Source: Luteitalea sp.
GTDB lineage: Bacteria; Acidobacteriota; Vicinamibacteria; Vicinamibacterales; CAVVIG01
Assembly: GCA_009380045.1 (NCBI GenBank)
Contig: WHSN01000003.1
Coordinates: forward strand, 4,299 to 68,298
Direction of reading: 5' to 3'
DNA length: 64,000 bases
The notes under the pieces are model-generated. The model was not told the DNA's origin. It was given only the letters and a program-made list of their open reading frames with translations, and made no database searches. A program made the translations under genes and the position numbers. Of this stretch, positions 20,151 to 31,100 are shown in pieces (within the stretch, counting starts at the first letter, position 1; every line of letters starts with the position of its first letter).

Positions 20151-21974
20151 GTGTTCCGGGAACTGACCGAGCGCAAGGAGTGGAAGTTCTTCGGCGTGCT
20201 GCCGAAGGCGGATCCCGGCCTTGCCGCCGCCTGGTGGGCAGCGCTCCTGCTGAGAGGCATCCTGCCCGCGACATTCGCGATCGCGATGGGCGTGCTGGTC
20301 GGCGCCGTCGAGCGCGGCGATCCGCTCGGTGGACCAGTCGCGTCTGTCGGTGCGATTTTCGTGCTGCTGCAGGTGCTCAGCCCGATTCATCAGGCGGTCA
20401 GCGCCAATCTCGGCGACAGGACCGCCGCATGGCTCTACGACCGGCTGACCGAGGCCTGCGTCCGTCCGCCAGGCATGGGGCACCTCGAGGACCCGACACT
20501 TACCAGCGATCTCACCGTTGCACGCGACTTCGACCTTGGGATGACCGGCCCGCCGTTGTCGATCTCCATGGACTTCATCGCGACCGGAATGGTCGAGATG
20601 GCCGGCGGCGTTGCCTGCGCCGCGATTCTCGCCACCTACGCATGGTGGGCGCCGCTCGTGCTGGTCGGCGCCTGGGCGGCGACACACTGGCTTCTGCGCG
20701 AGAGCGCGATCTGGCGCGACCGCAACACCGAGGATGTCCGCGCCGCGCAGCGGGATGCCGACTACGCCTACCGATTGGCGGTGGACCCTCCCGCGAGCAA
20801 GGAACTGCGGCTGTTCGGGCTCGGCGGCTGGACGATCGATCGCTTCATCGCCAGGCGCACCCGCCTGCACCAGCTCCAGTACGCGGCCACCCGCCTGCGC
20901 GAGCGTCCCGTCATCTGGAGCATGCTCCTCGTCGTCTCGGCGAACGTCGCGGTGTTCTGGGCCCTGGCGGGCGCCGCGGCTGATGGCCGCATCACTCTGG
21001 GGCAGGCCGTCGTCTACCTGCAGAGCGCCGTCGGCGTGTCGATGATTGCCTTCGGCGGATTCAGTTGGGCGCTCGACGGAGCGGCGGCCCCCGTCGCGGC
21101 GGTGCTGCGGCTCGAGCCGGCGATGCGCCCCGCCGGCGCGCTGCCTTCCGGCAGTCGCTCCGCGGCGGCGACACCGGCGCGCGAGATTCGTCTCCGCGAC
21201 GTCACCTTTGCCTACCCGGCAGGCGGATCAACTCCAGGCGGCGCCGGGGCGCCGGTGCTTTCGCACTTCGATCTCACGATCCCCGCCGGGACGTCGCTGG
21301 CCATCGTTGGCCAGAATGGCGCCGGCAAGACCACCATCGCCAAGCTGCTGTGCCGGTTGTACGATCCCACGTCAGGGGCAATCGAGATAGACGGCCTCGA
21401 CGTTCGCGAGCTCGATCTCGCGTCGTGGCGCTCGCGCGTCACCGCCGTGTTCCAGGACTTCGTCCGGTTCGAGCTGCCGCTGCGCGACAACGTGGCGCCG
21501 GCGGGCGCCTCGGACGATGTCGTGCGCGGCGCGCTCGAGTTGGCGGGCGCGACGAACCTGGCCGCGCTCGACACGGTGCTGGCCCGCGGCTACTCCGGCG
21601 GCACCGACCTGTCGGGCGGTCAATGGCAGCGCATCGCGCTCGCCCGGGCGCTGGCCGCGGTCGCTCTCGGCGCCGGCGTCGTCCTGCTCGACGAACCGAC
21701 GGCGCAGCTCGACGTGCGCGGGGAAGCCGAGATCTTCGACCGCCTGCTCGCCGCGACCCGGCACTGCACGACGATCCTGATCTCGCATCGATTTTCCACG
21801 GTCCGTCATGCGGATCGCATCTGCGTGCTGGAGCACGGGCGGGTGATCGAGCTCGGCACGCACGACGAGCTGATGATGCTGGCCGGGCGCTATCGGACGA
21901 TGTTCGATCTGCAGGCCGAGCGCTTCAATGTCCCGGGCGACGAGGAGGGCACGACGTATGACGTCCTCTCCTGA
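20151..21974 (+). CDS. ABC transporter ATP-binding/permease fusion (exporter type), subunit 1
   Basis: Six-TM N-terminal half. Walker A GQNGAGKTT, signature LSGGQWQR, Walker B VVLLDEP. Confidence 0.9.
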   Translation: MFRELTERKEWKFFGVLPKADPGLAAAWWAALLLRGILPATFAIAMGVLVGAVERGDPLGGPVASVGAIFVLLQVLSPIHQAVSANLGDRTAAWLYDRLTEACVRPPGMGHLEDPTLTSDLTVARDFDLGMTGPPLSISMDFIATGMVEMAGGVACAAILATYAWWAPLVLVGAWAATHWLLRESAIWRDRNTEDVRAAQRDADYAYRLAVDPPASKELRLFGLGGWTIDRFIARRTRLHQLQYAATRLRERPVIWSMLLVVSANVAVFWALAGAAADGRITLGQAVVYLQSAVGVSMIAFGGFSWALDGAAAPVAAVLRLEPAMRPAGALPSGSRSAAATPAREIRLRDVTFAYPAGGSTPGGAGAPVLSHFDLTIPAGTSLAIVGQNGAGKTTIAKLLCRLYDPTSGAIEIDGLDVRELDLASWRSRVTAVFQDFVRFELPLRDNVAPAGASDDVVRGALELAGATNLAALDTVLARGYSGGTDLSGGQWQRIALARALAAVALGAGVVLLDEPTAQLDVRGEAEIFDRLLAATRHCTTILISHRFSTVRHADRICVLEHGRVIELGTHDELMMLAGRYRTMFDLQAERFNVPGDEEGTTYDVLS

Positions 21975-23775
21975 TCGAGATTCCGCGATCGATCCACTGC
22001 CGCCGGCGCTGTCATCGATGTGGCGGTTGTGCCGGCTGGGATACCGCCACGAGCCGCGCTTGATGGTCGCGTCGCTCGGGCTGTCGCAGCTTGCCGCGTT
22101 ACCCGACGCGCTCCTCGCGTGGTGGCTGATGCTGCTCGGCCAGGGCGTGGTCGAGAGCCGGCCCGGCCTGGTCCAGGGCGCGGCGATTGGCCTCGGCGTG
22201 TCGACCGTCGCGACCTGGTTTCTCCGCACCATCAGCACCCGCGTGCAGCGCCGCTTCCGCGACCGGGTGACGATTGCGCTCGAGTCACACGTCGCGCTGC
22301 TGCAGGGATCGATCGCGACGATTGCGCATCAGGAGCGCCCGGAATATCTCGATCGGCTGTCCATGCTCCGCAATCAGGTGTTCGTGCTCGACCACATGTA
22401 CATGTCGCTGTTTTCCACGCTCGGGTGGATCCTGCGGCTGGCCGTCACGATGACGCTGCTCGCGTCGGTTCACCCGGCGCTGACCCTGATCGCGGTGTTT
22501 GCGGTCCCGACCGTGTTGACGTCCACCTGGCGCCCCGAGGTCGAGAGAACCGCAGAGGAGCAAGGCGCGCAGCTCAATCGGCTGGCGCGGCACCTGTTCA
22601 CCATCGCTACGACCGTCCCACCTGGCAAGGAAGTGCGGGTCACGGGCGTCGGCGAGCGCCTCGTCACCGAGCGTCGAGCGGCGTGGGAGCGCGGCTACGG
22701 ACCGGTGGCCGCGGCACGCTGGGGCTCGGCGCTGTGGTACGCGCTGGCGTGGGCGATATTCGGCCTGGCCTATGCCGGCGCGGTCGCGTTCGTGGCGTCC
22801 CGCCCCGGCGCGCCGGCCGGCGACGTCGTGCTGGTGCTCGCCGCCGGTGCGCGGCTGTCGGCGTACATCGGCGCCACGGTCGGCGAAATCGGCTTCCTGC
22901 GGGGATTCTGGATGGACGGATCCAGACGGCTGGCATGGCTCGAGGACTACGCTGCCGCTGTGGCGGCGTCGGGCGATCGCCCGGTCCCCACGGTGCTGCG
23001 CCGCGGCGTCAGGTTCGAGCACGTGTCGTTTGTCTACCCGGGCACGTCGCGTGTCGTGCTCGACGACGTGTCGGTGACACTGCCGGCCGGTGGCGTGGTC
23101 GCCATCGTCGGTGAGAACGGCGCCGGCAAGACGACGATGGTGAAACTGCTGGCCAAGATGTACGAGCCGTCGTCTGGCGCGATCCTGGTGGACGACACGC
23201 CGCTGGCGCGCATGCCCGCCGGCGAATGGCGGACGCGCCTTGCGGGCGCGTTCCAGGATTTCTTCCGCTTCGAGTTCCGGGTCCGGCGCACCGTCGGCCT
23301 GGGCGATGTCCCTCGACTGGACGAGGAGCCCGCGGTGATCGCCGCCGTCGGCCGCGCCGGCGCCGGCGAGGTCGTCGCCCGTCTGACCGCGGGTCTCGAC
23401 ACGCAGCTCGGTCCGACGTGGCCGGCCGGAGTCGAGCTTTCGTTCGGCCAGTGGCAGAAGCTTGCCCTGGCGCGCGGGTTCATGCGCGACCAGCCGCTGC
23501 TGCTGATTCTCGACGAACCGACCGCGGCGCTCGATGCCGAGACCGAACATGGGCTGTTCGAGCGCTATGCCGCAGCCGCGCACGCTGCCGGCGACATCGG
23601 CAACGGCCGCATCACGATCCTCGTCTCCCACCGATTCTCGACCGTCCGCATGGCCGATCTCATCGTCGTGCTCGACGGCGCCCGGCTGGTGGAGGTCGGC
23701 GGGCATGACGAGCTGATGGCGAAGGGCGGACAGTACTCGGAGTTGTACGGTATCCAGGCTGCCGCGTACCGCTGA
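21958..23775 (+). CDS. ABC transporter ATP-binding/permease fusion (exporter type), subunit 2
   Basis: The ATG at 21958 overlaps the stop of subunit 1 by 17 nt. Walker A GENGAGKTT, signature-like SFGQWQK, Walker B LLILDEP. Likely a heterodimer with the upstream gene. Confidence 0.9.
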   Translation: MTSSPDRDSAIDPLPPALSSMWRLCRLGYRHEPRLMVASLGLSQLAALPDALLAWWLMLLGQGVVESRPGLVQGAAIGLGVSTVATWFLRTISTRVQRRFRDRVTIALESHVALLQGSIATIAHQERPEYLDRLSMLRNQVFVLDHMYMSLFSTLGWILRLAVTMTLLASVHPALTLIAVFAVPTVLTSTWRPEVERTAEEQGAQLNRLARHLFTIATTVPPGKEVRVTGVGERLVTERRAAWERGYGPVAAARWGSALWYALAWAIFGLAYAGAVAFVASRPGAPAGDVVLVLAAGARLSAYIGATVGEIGFLRGFWMDGSRRLAWLEDYAAAVAASGDRPVPTVLRRGVRFEHVSFVYPGTSRVVLDDVSVTLPAGGVVAIVGENGAGKTTMVKLLAKMYEPSSGAILVDDTPLARMPAGEWRTRLAGAFQDFFRFEFRVRRTVGLGDVPRLDEEPAVIAAVGRAGAGEVVARLTAGLDTQLGPTWPAGVELSFGQWQKLALARGFMRDQPLLLILDEPTAALDAETEHGLFERYAAAAHAAGDIGNGRITILVSHRFSTVRMADLIVVLDGARLVEVGGHDELMAKGGQYSELYGIQAAAYR

Positions 23776-23956
23776 CGAGGTGATGGCGAATACGCACGAC
23801 GTTGGCGGCAGCGTCGGTGGACGCGTCGCCACGCTGGCGATCCATGGCAGCTACCGGGATGGGGCGCGGGGACTCGAAGATCGAGAGCGTGCCGAACTGA
23901 AACGATGTCTCACCCCGCTTCGGCATCTCCTACGATCTGTTCGGGACCGCACCTCC

Positions 23957-24889
23957 TCATTTCTGCCCGAGCTCCTCGTAGATGGCGGTCAGGGCATTCT
24001 TGACCCGTCGTGATTCATATCCCTTGTACTTCTGCACGACACCCAGCGACGCTTCAGCCTCATCGACGCTCTTTCCGGCCTTGAAGGCTTGCTGGGCGCC
24101 CGTCAGGATGTCCTGATTGAACCGCTGGTACTCCTCGAAGTCGCTCCACGCAGTCGGCGGCAGATGGCCGCCGATGACCGTGTCGACGTTCTTGATCCCG
24201 GCGACCGCCTTGGCCAGTGTCGCCGGAAATGTCACGCCGCTGCCTCCGTTCCCCCGGTCGAGAAACGGTGCGTCCTTCCAGGGGAACATGTCACCGGCAT
24301 GCATGATCCGCAACGCCGGAAACACGACGAACGCGTCACCATTGGTGTGTCCCGGACCGAAGTGATGGAGATCGATGCGATCCTTCCCGCTCAACAGCGA
24401 CCGGGTATCGGTGAAGGTCGTGCGCGGCAGAAACTTGGCGTTCCCGCCCTTGAACGCCTGGCAATTTGTCACCGGCGGGCAGGTGCTCTTCGACAGGTTG
24501 GCCTTGGTGTTCTCGTGCGCGACGAACTCGACGCTGGCTGGAAATTCCGGATTGCTGCCGGTGTGATCGTTGTGGGTGTGGGTATTGATGATCATGGTCA
24601 CCGGCTTGGGCGTCACCGATCGAATCTGCTCGAGCATCGCCTGTCCCCACCCCGCCAGCTTGGTGTCCACGACCACCACGCCGCTGTCGGTCACCAACAC
24701 CGCCGTATTTCCTCCGGCGAAGCCCGGTCCCACGAGGGAGCCGGTTTCGATGAGATACAGATTGTCTTTGAGTTGCTGGATTGCGAGAACCGGCTTCGCT
24801 GCCGCCGGGCTCTGAGGTTGGAGGCCAGAGGTTGAGGCAGAGACCGCACCCATTCCAAACAGGATCGCCAGGACGCTCAATCTCTTCAT
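23957..24889 (-). CDS. MBL-fold metallo-hydrolase, secreted
   Basis: Signal peptide MKRLSVLAILFGMGAVSAS. Metallo-beta-lactamase motif THTHNDHTG. Confidence 0.85.
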   Translation of the reverse strand: MKRLSVLAILFGMGAVSASTSGLQPQSPAAAKPVLAIQQLKDNLYLIETGSLVGPGFAGGNTAVLVTDSGVVVVDTKLAGWGQAMLEQIRSVTPKPVTMIINTHTHNDHTGSNPEFPASVEFVAHENTKANLSKSTCPPVTNCQAFKGGNAKFLPRTTFTDTRSLLSGKDRIDLHHFGPGHTNGDAFVVFPALRIMHAGDMFPWKDAPFLDRGNGGSGVTFPATLAKAVAGIKNVDTVIGGHLPPTAWSDFEEYQRFNQDILTGAQQAFKAGKSVDEAEASLGVVQKYKGYESRRVKNALTAIYEELGQK

Positions 24890-25125
24890 GATTCATCCCT
24901 TTCCGAACGCTGACGGGCCGACCTCTTCGTCGACGTCAGGAGACCCCCCCGTTGCTGCGGTCGTCGGACGTCTGAACTCGGTCGAGACGGAGATGCCGCT
25001 TGGAGCCGCATGCGGTAAGGGAGACGGAGCGCCGTCCTGGAGTAGCGGACCAGGCCGCCTCGCGCGTTCCCGGGACTGAGGGATGCGTGTGACGACAGAT
25101 TCGAGCGATCTCCCCCAGGCGCCGC

Positions 25126-25590
25126 TCAGGGCGGAGGTCTTCGCGCCCGTGACGACCAGTGCACTGCCCTGATCCGCCAGCCCGACGAGTCCTTGCTGAA
25201 GACCATCAGTTCCACGCCGACGGAGTCGACCGCCCGATCCCGGAACGTGCCCTTGTAATCACTGCTGTTGACGGCCCAGGCCGCGTCGCCGACCACGATC
25301 ACGCGGTACGGCTTGAACGAGGTGGTGACCACCTTCTCGAACTCGATGTCGGCCGGCAAGTGATCCTTCTCGTACTGCGCGCGCGTCTCGATGCCGCCCG
25401 CTTCGAGCAACAGCACGTCGGGGGCGAGCAACTGCATCACGGCGGCCCCATCGCCGCTCTTGAGCCCGGCGTGGAACGCGTCAACCACCCGTTGAATCTC
25501 CGCTTCCGCCCCCGATCCTGTCTGGGCGGCAAGTGACATGGGCGACAGAGCCAGCACGACAGCCCACCCGGCGCCGCGAAAATTTCGCAT
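25126..25590 (-). CDS. SnoaL-like/DUF4440 (NTF2-fold) secreted protein
   Basis: The internal ATG gives MRNFRGAGWAVVLALSPMSLAAQ. EIQRVVDAFHAGLKSGDGAAVMQLLAPDVLLLEAGG is typical of DUF4440/SnoaL. Confidence 0.65.
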   Translation of the reverse strand: MRNFRGAGWAVVLALSPMSLAAQTGSGAEAEIQRVVDAFHAGLKSGDGAAVMQLLAPDVLLLEAGGIETRAQYEKDHLPADIEFEKVVTTSFKPYRVIVVGDAAWAVNSSDYKGTFRDRAVDSVGVELMVFSKDSSGWRIRAVHWSSRARRPPP

Positions 25591-25660
25591 CGATATGCAC
25601 CCTCCTGAAAACACGAGAACGTCGCATCTCTTTCGAACGGTGATCCGTCACGCTCCGGGC

Positions 25661-25696
25661 GATGACGCGCGCCCTGCCGATGACGCGCGCCCTGCA
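25661..25696. repeat. 18-bp tandem duplication (gatgacgcgcgccctgc[c/a] x2)
   Basis: Read directly, 17/18 identical. It lies in the divergent intergenic region between the genes starting at 25590(-) and 25859(+). Confidence 0.95.
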
Positions 25697-25858
25697 TTGC
25701 CCCGTGGTTTCCCGGCGCCATGGGAACAGGATGGATTATCCCTCTTGCGGCCCACTGCGCAAGGGCGCAGCCGATTGTCTCCGGCTGATCTGCACCAAAC
25801 ACCGGCGCGGCGGCGCTCGCCGCCCGGTCCAGGTCGATTCTCCGGTCGCGGGCGTAAG

Positions 25859-26272
25859 ATGGCGACCATGGCACATCGCATCGCGGTGTGGATCGTGACC
25901 GGTCTCCTCGGCGCAACCGCCGCCGATGCGCACCACTCGATCGTTGGGGTCTACGATCCCGGCCGTCAGGTGAGGCTCGAAGGGGTGATCACGGCATTTC
26001 GTTTCGTGAATCCACACCCGTTCGTCGAGCTCGCCGTCGCCGATGGGGACAAGACCGACGACTGGCGGCTGGAACTGGACAACCGCCACGAGCTGGCTGC
26101 GCTCGGCGTCACCGCCGATACGTTGCGGCCTGGAGACCGGGTCATCGTCACCGGCAGTGGCGCCAGGGATTCCAGTCGGAGAGCCTACGTCCGGGTGCTC
26201 GAGCGGCCCGGCGACAGGTTTCTGTACGAGCAGGTCGGATCCAGCCCTCGCGTGCGGATGCCGGCTCGCTGA
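25859..26272 (+). CDS. DUF6152-like secreted protein
   Basis: MATMAHRIAVWIVTGLLGATAADAHHSIVGVYD..GVITAFRFVNPHPFVEL..WRLELDN.. matches my memory of that family: a signal peptide, then HHS, then NPH. Confidence 0.55.
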   Translation: MATMAHRIAVWIVTGLLGATAADAHHSIVGVYDPGRQVRLEGVITAFRFVNPHPFVELAVADGDKTDDWRLELDNRHELAALGVTADTLRPGDRVIVTGSGARDSSRRAYVRVLERPGDRFLYEQVGSSPRVRMPAR

Positions 26273-26832
26273 GCGTGGCGCGGAGCCACGAAGGGCCAGC
26301 GCCGACGCGGGGCCGTCCAATTCCCTCATTGCATGACGTATGCGGGTGCCTGCCGTCGTGCTCGCGATCGGTGTTCTTGCCTTGGGCGCAGGGCTGCGAC
26401 CCAAGCCGACGTGATCTCCTCTGGCGGTCAAGCGGGTGCACGCCGCCAATCCACCGATCCGCATCCAGCACTCGGCGCTGCACGAGCCTCGACGAGGCTT
26501 CGATCTGATGCTCGGGCAGTTCGCGTCGGCCTTGCGCTCGTGCCCGCCCAGGTGATCGCCGGGGATGCCGGCACCAGCGAAGCTCGATCGGCGCCGAGCC
26601 GCCTGCCGCAGTCACTCCTGCCGCAATCCCGACACGGTTGCGCACGGTGAACGACGCTCCCCGTCGAGACGGGCGCCACCGGCGTCGACCGTCGCGCACG
26701 CCTTCCTCCGGCAGACCGACCCAGGCGCCGTCTCGAATCCCGCGGCAGGACCGAGCTATGATGGACCCGCGTGCCAGCCATTGGTGTCGATCGATCCTTC
26801 AACGCCCCCGATTCAGCGACGCGCCTGCCGCC

Positions 26833-28113
26833 ATGGCCGTTGGTGTTCTGATTGCCGAGCGGGTTCTCTCGGCTGTTGACGCCGCCGCCGATGAGATCGT
26901 CGATTTCACCTCGACGCTGATCCGAATTCCGACGGTCAACCCGCCGGGGGAGGCGTACGAGGACTGCGCCCGGGTGATCGGAGAGCGGCTCGTCGCCGGC
27001 CGGTTCGAGGTGGACTATGCGGCAGCCGAGGGTCGCCCCGAGCACACACCGGTCCATCCCCGCGTCAACGTCGTCGGCCTGCGCCGCGGGCGGGCGGAGC
27101 GGCCGGCGGTGCATCTGAACGGGCATCTCGATGTCGTGCCGGCAGGCGAGGGCTGGACGATGGATCCGTTCAGCGGCGCCGTGAACGACGGTCGAATCTA
27201 CGGCCGCGGCGCCTGCGACATGAAGGCCGGCATTGCGGCGGCGGTCTACGCGGCGGAAGCGATCCGCCGCGCCGGCATCGAGATCAACGGCTCGATCGAG
27301 ATCAGCGCCACGGTCGATGAGGAAAGCGGCGGGTTCGCCGGTGTGGCGTGGCTGGCCGAGCAGGGCCGGCTCACGAAGGAGCGGCTCGACTACGTGATCA
27401 TCCCGGAGCCGCTCGGCGTCGATCGTATCTGCGTCGGGCATCGCGGCGTCTACTGGTTCGAGATTCTGACCTACGGCCGGGCGGCCCACGGCAGCATGCC
27501 GTTTCTCGGCGTGAGCGCCATCGACCAGATGAGCCTGATTCTCGACCGCATTCGACGGGAGCTGGCTCCGGTGCTGGCCGGTCGAACGACGGCCGTGCCG
27601 GTGGTGCCGGACCTGGCGCGGCATCCGTCGATCAACGTCAACGCGTTCGCCGGTGGCCAGCCGATCGACGGGATCCAGACGCCGTGCGTCGCCGGCACCT
27701 GCCGCGCCATCTTCGATCGGCGGTTCCTGCTCGAGGAAGGGTACGATGCAACAAAACGGGAAATCGAGACGCTGCTGCAGCGTGCCGCCGCGGAGGTGCC
27801 GGCGTTGAAGTACGAGCTGCGGGATCTGATGATCGTCCACCCGGTCCGGACGCCCGAGGACTCGCCCCTCATCGCGGCAGTGGGCCGGGGAGTAGAGCAG
27901 GTGATCGGACGCCGCGCGACGCAGGTGGCGAGCCCCGGCACCTACGATCACAAGCACGTCGAGCGGATCGGCGGTATTCGAGACTGCGTCGCCTACGGTC
28001 CCGGCGTCCTCGAGCTCGCGCATCAGCCCGACGAATGGTGCGGAGTGGACGACGTGATCAACGCCACGAAGGTCCTCGCGCTGACGATTCTGGATCTCAC
28101 GGAGACGCGGTGA
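26833..28113 (+). CDS. M20-family metallopeptidase (ArgE/DapE-like deacylase)
   Basis: LIRIPTVNPPGE..HLNGHLDVVP..GRGACDMKAG..DEESGG..HRGVYWFEI are M20 hallmarks. Start taken at the ATG at 26833. Confidence 0.85.
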   Translation: MAVGVLIAERVLSAVDAAADEIVDFTSTLIRIPTVNPPGEAYEDCARVIGERLVAGRFEVDYAAAEGRPEHTPVHPRVNVVGLRRGRAERPAVHLNGHLDVVPAGEGWTMDPFSGAVNDGRIYGRGACDMKAGIAAAVYAAEAIRRAGIEINGSIEISATVDEESGGFAGVAWLAEQGRLTKERLDYVIIPEPLGVDRICVGHRGVYWFEILTYGRAAHGSMPFLGVSAIDQMSLILDRIRRELAPVLAGRTTAVPVVPDLARHPSINVNAFAGGQPIDGIQTPCVAGTCRAIFDRRFLLEEGYDATKREIETLLQRAAAEVPALKYELRDLMIVHPVRTPEDSPLIAAVGRGVEQVIGRRATQVASPGTYDHKHVERIGGIRDCVAYGPGVLELAHQPDEWCGVDDVINATKVLALTILDLTETR

Positions 28114-28151
28114 GTATGGCCCGCTTCACATCTTTCGATCAGGAAGCCCTC

Positions 28152-31100
28152 ATGCGAACATTCTCGACAGTGTTGGTGGTGCTCTGCTTCTGCGCGACTG
28201 CGCCCGCCGCGGCGCTGGCCCAGGCGACCGGGTCGATCGCCGGCATTGTCACCGACGAATCCGGCGCCGTGCTTCCCGGGGTCGCCGTGGAAGCGATCAA
28301 CGTCGCCACGAACCAGATCCGCTCGGCTCGGACCGGGGCTGACGGCCACTACTCCCTGCCGGTGATTGACCCCGGCCAGCACACGGTCACCGCGACCTTG
28401 TCCGGGTTCAAGCTGGGTCAGCGGACCGGTGTGGTGGTCAACGTCGAGAGCACCGCGCGGGTCGACCTGAAGCTGGCGGTCGGTGGCGTTGAGGAAAGCC
28501 TCACCGTCGCGGCCACCATATCGCTGGTCGAGACCTCCAAGGCGACGCTCGGCCTGGTCGTCAGCCAGAAGGAGGTGGTCGAAATGCCGCTCAACGGCCG
28601 CAACTTCACGCAGCTGGGAACGCTGTTGCCTGGAGTGATTGCCCCGCCTGCCGGTCTGGGCGGATCGGGCGGCGACGCGACACCTGGAGGCTTCGGCGCG
28701 GCCACCTCCGGGTTCAGCGTCAACGGGATGCGGAACCAATCCAACAACTTCCTGCTCGACGGCGCAAGCAACAACGACACCTTCAACACCGGCTTCGTCC
28801 TGCGTCCGCCACCGGACGCGATTCAGGAGTTCAAGATCCTGACGCATTCCTACGCCGCGGAATACGGGCGGAACGCCGGTTCAGTCGTGAACGTCGTGAC
28901 GCGAAGCGGCGGCAATGCCGTCCACGGCGCCGGCTGGGAGTTCAACCGCGACGATGCGCTGCAGGCGCGCAATTACTTCGCGCCGTCGACTCAGCCGAAG
29001 CCGAAGCTCACACAGCACCAGTTCGGCGGGACCCTGGGCGGCCCGATCGCCCGCGACCGATTGTTCGGCTTCGGTTACTACGAGGGCCACCGAAACACCA
29101 CCGGCATCACCCAGAACCTGGTCGTGCTGAGCGATGCCGAGCGACGCGGCACCTTCAACACCGCGATCAGGGACCCGCGAACCGGTCTGCCGTTCCCGAA
29201 CAACACGATTCCCGACGCGCGTATCGATCCGGCGGCGCGTCAGCTGATCGAACGGTTCGTGCCGGTCGCCAATTCAGGAAGCAACCGCTACATCGCATCG
29301 CCTGACACCACCGACGATCGCGACCAGTTCGGCACGCGCATCGACTACCGGGTCACCGCGAACAACTCACTGCTCGGCCGCTACATCCACAGCCGCACCC
29401 ACTCGGTTCAGCCGGCCATTACGCGGCCGATCGGCACCGACGCGCGTGCGGCCCTGCAGGATGTGATGGTGTCGGACACCCACGTCTTTGCCTCGAACAG
29501 GATCAACCAGGCTCGCGTGTCGTACAACCGCATCGGCGCCAGGCCGCAGGCGACCAGCGGGCTCTCCAATGCGGCCTTCGGCATCAGCCTGCCGCACAAC
29601 GTGCCATCCGCGCAGGGGCTGGCGAATGTCGAGATCATCGAGCTCTTCGCCGGCACGCCCGGGATCGGCGGCACCGGCGGCCTCGGCGACGTGCAGCAGC
29701 CCTTCGTCGAGCGCCTCAACGAGACGCTGCAGCTCGCCGACGATTTCACCTGGGTGCACGGCGGGCACTCGATGAAGTTTGGCGCGGAGGTGCAGCGCCA
29801 GCACATGTTCATCGCCTTCGTGAATCGACCGAACGGCGATTTCACCTTCAATGGCGTCCACACCGGCAACGCGGCGGCGGACTTTCTGCTCGGCCTGCCG
29901 TTCCGTTTCCGGCGCACGACCGCCAACACCTCTCAGGACGGCCATGGGTGGATCTACGGCGGCTACGTGCAGGACGAGTTCCGCCCGCGTGCCGATCTCA
30001 CCGTCAGCGCCGGGCTCCGCTACGAGGTGTCGGTACCGTTCGTCGACAAGAACGGCGCGCTCAACTCGTTCCGTCCCGGCCAGCAGTCAACGCGCTTCCC
30101 GCAAGCGCCGCGCGGCTTGGTCTACCCGGGTGACGAAGGGGTTCCCGATGGGACCTACGAAACCGACAAGAACAATCTGGCGCCGCGGCTCGGGTTCACC
30201 TGGGATCCGACCGGCAGCGGCCGGGCGACGCTGCGTGGCGCGTGGGGCATCTTCTACGACACGCTTGCCGGGCAGGGTGACTTCTTCCAGAACGGCGTGC
30301 TCGCTCCGCCGTTCACGCCGCTGGTCGAGGTGACGGCACCTCCGGCGCAGCTTTCGTTGCAGAACCCCCTCAGCGCGGTAGCCGGGGGGGCGACGCTGTT
30401 TCCGCCAGGACTGACCTTCATTGGTTGGGGCGAGGACTTCGAACAGCCCTCGGCGCAGCATTTCAACCTGACCTGGTCCCAGGAGATCGGCCGGCACTTC
30501 GCTGCCGAGACGGGATATGTCGGCTCGCGCGGCAGGAACCTCCCGATTTTCATCGAAGTGAACCCGGGCCTGTACTCGCCGGGGCAAAGGTCGGGAGGCG
30601 CCCGTCTGTATCCGGCCTTCAGCCTCGTGCGCCCGACATTTTCGGTCGGCAAATCGTGGTACGACTCGCTGCAGACCAGCTTTCGCATGCGGCCGACCCG
30701 GGGCATGAGCTTTCTCGCGGCCTACACTCTTGGTCACGCCGTCGACCACGTTTCGGGCCTGAACATCGGCGGTGAGCAGCGGCCGGTGCTCCCGGTGACA
30801 ATGGGCGACGATGCCTCGATCGAACGGGCTCTCGAGCTCGAGAAGGGTGACGCGCTGTTCGACGCGCGGCACCGGTTCGTCATCAGCTTTTCCGCGGAAC
30901 TGCCGACACCCGCTTCCCGAAGTGCGATCGTGAACCATGCGTTCGGAGGGTGGCAGGTGAACGGCATCGTGCAGGCGCAGACCGGGTTTCCGTTCACCGT
31001 GATCGACCCGGTTCAGACGATTCGCTACCTGACGAACCGTCCGAATGTCACCTGCGATCCGAATCAGGACGCGGCGCACTCGGTCGATCAGTGGTTCAAC

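Noticed and set aside
26273-26832. Possible gene or remnant in the ~560-bp gap before the M20 gene, including a 25-codon signal-peptide-like ORF (MRVPAVVLAIGVLALGAGL..)
   Set aside because: All six frames are short or Arg-rich, and the signal-like ORF stops after 24 codons. There are no recognisable motifs, so it is left unannotated.
27348-28151. Upstream 268 codons of the 1345-aa track ORF for the first receptor-like gene
   Set aside because: This part overlaps the M20 peptidase gene in another frame and is Arg/Gly-rich. A proper signal peptide begins at the ATG at 28152 (an alternative ATG is at 28116).
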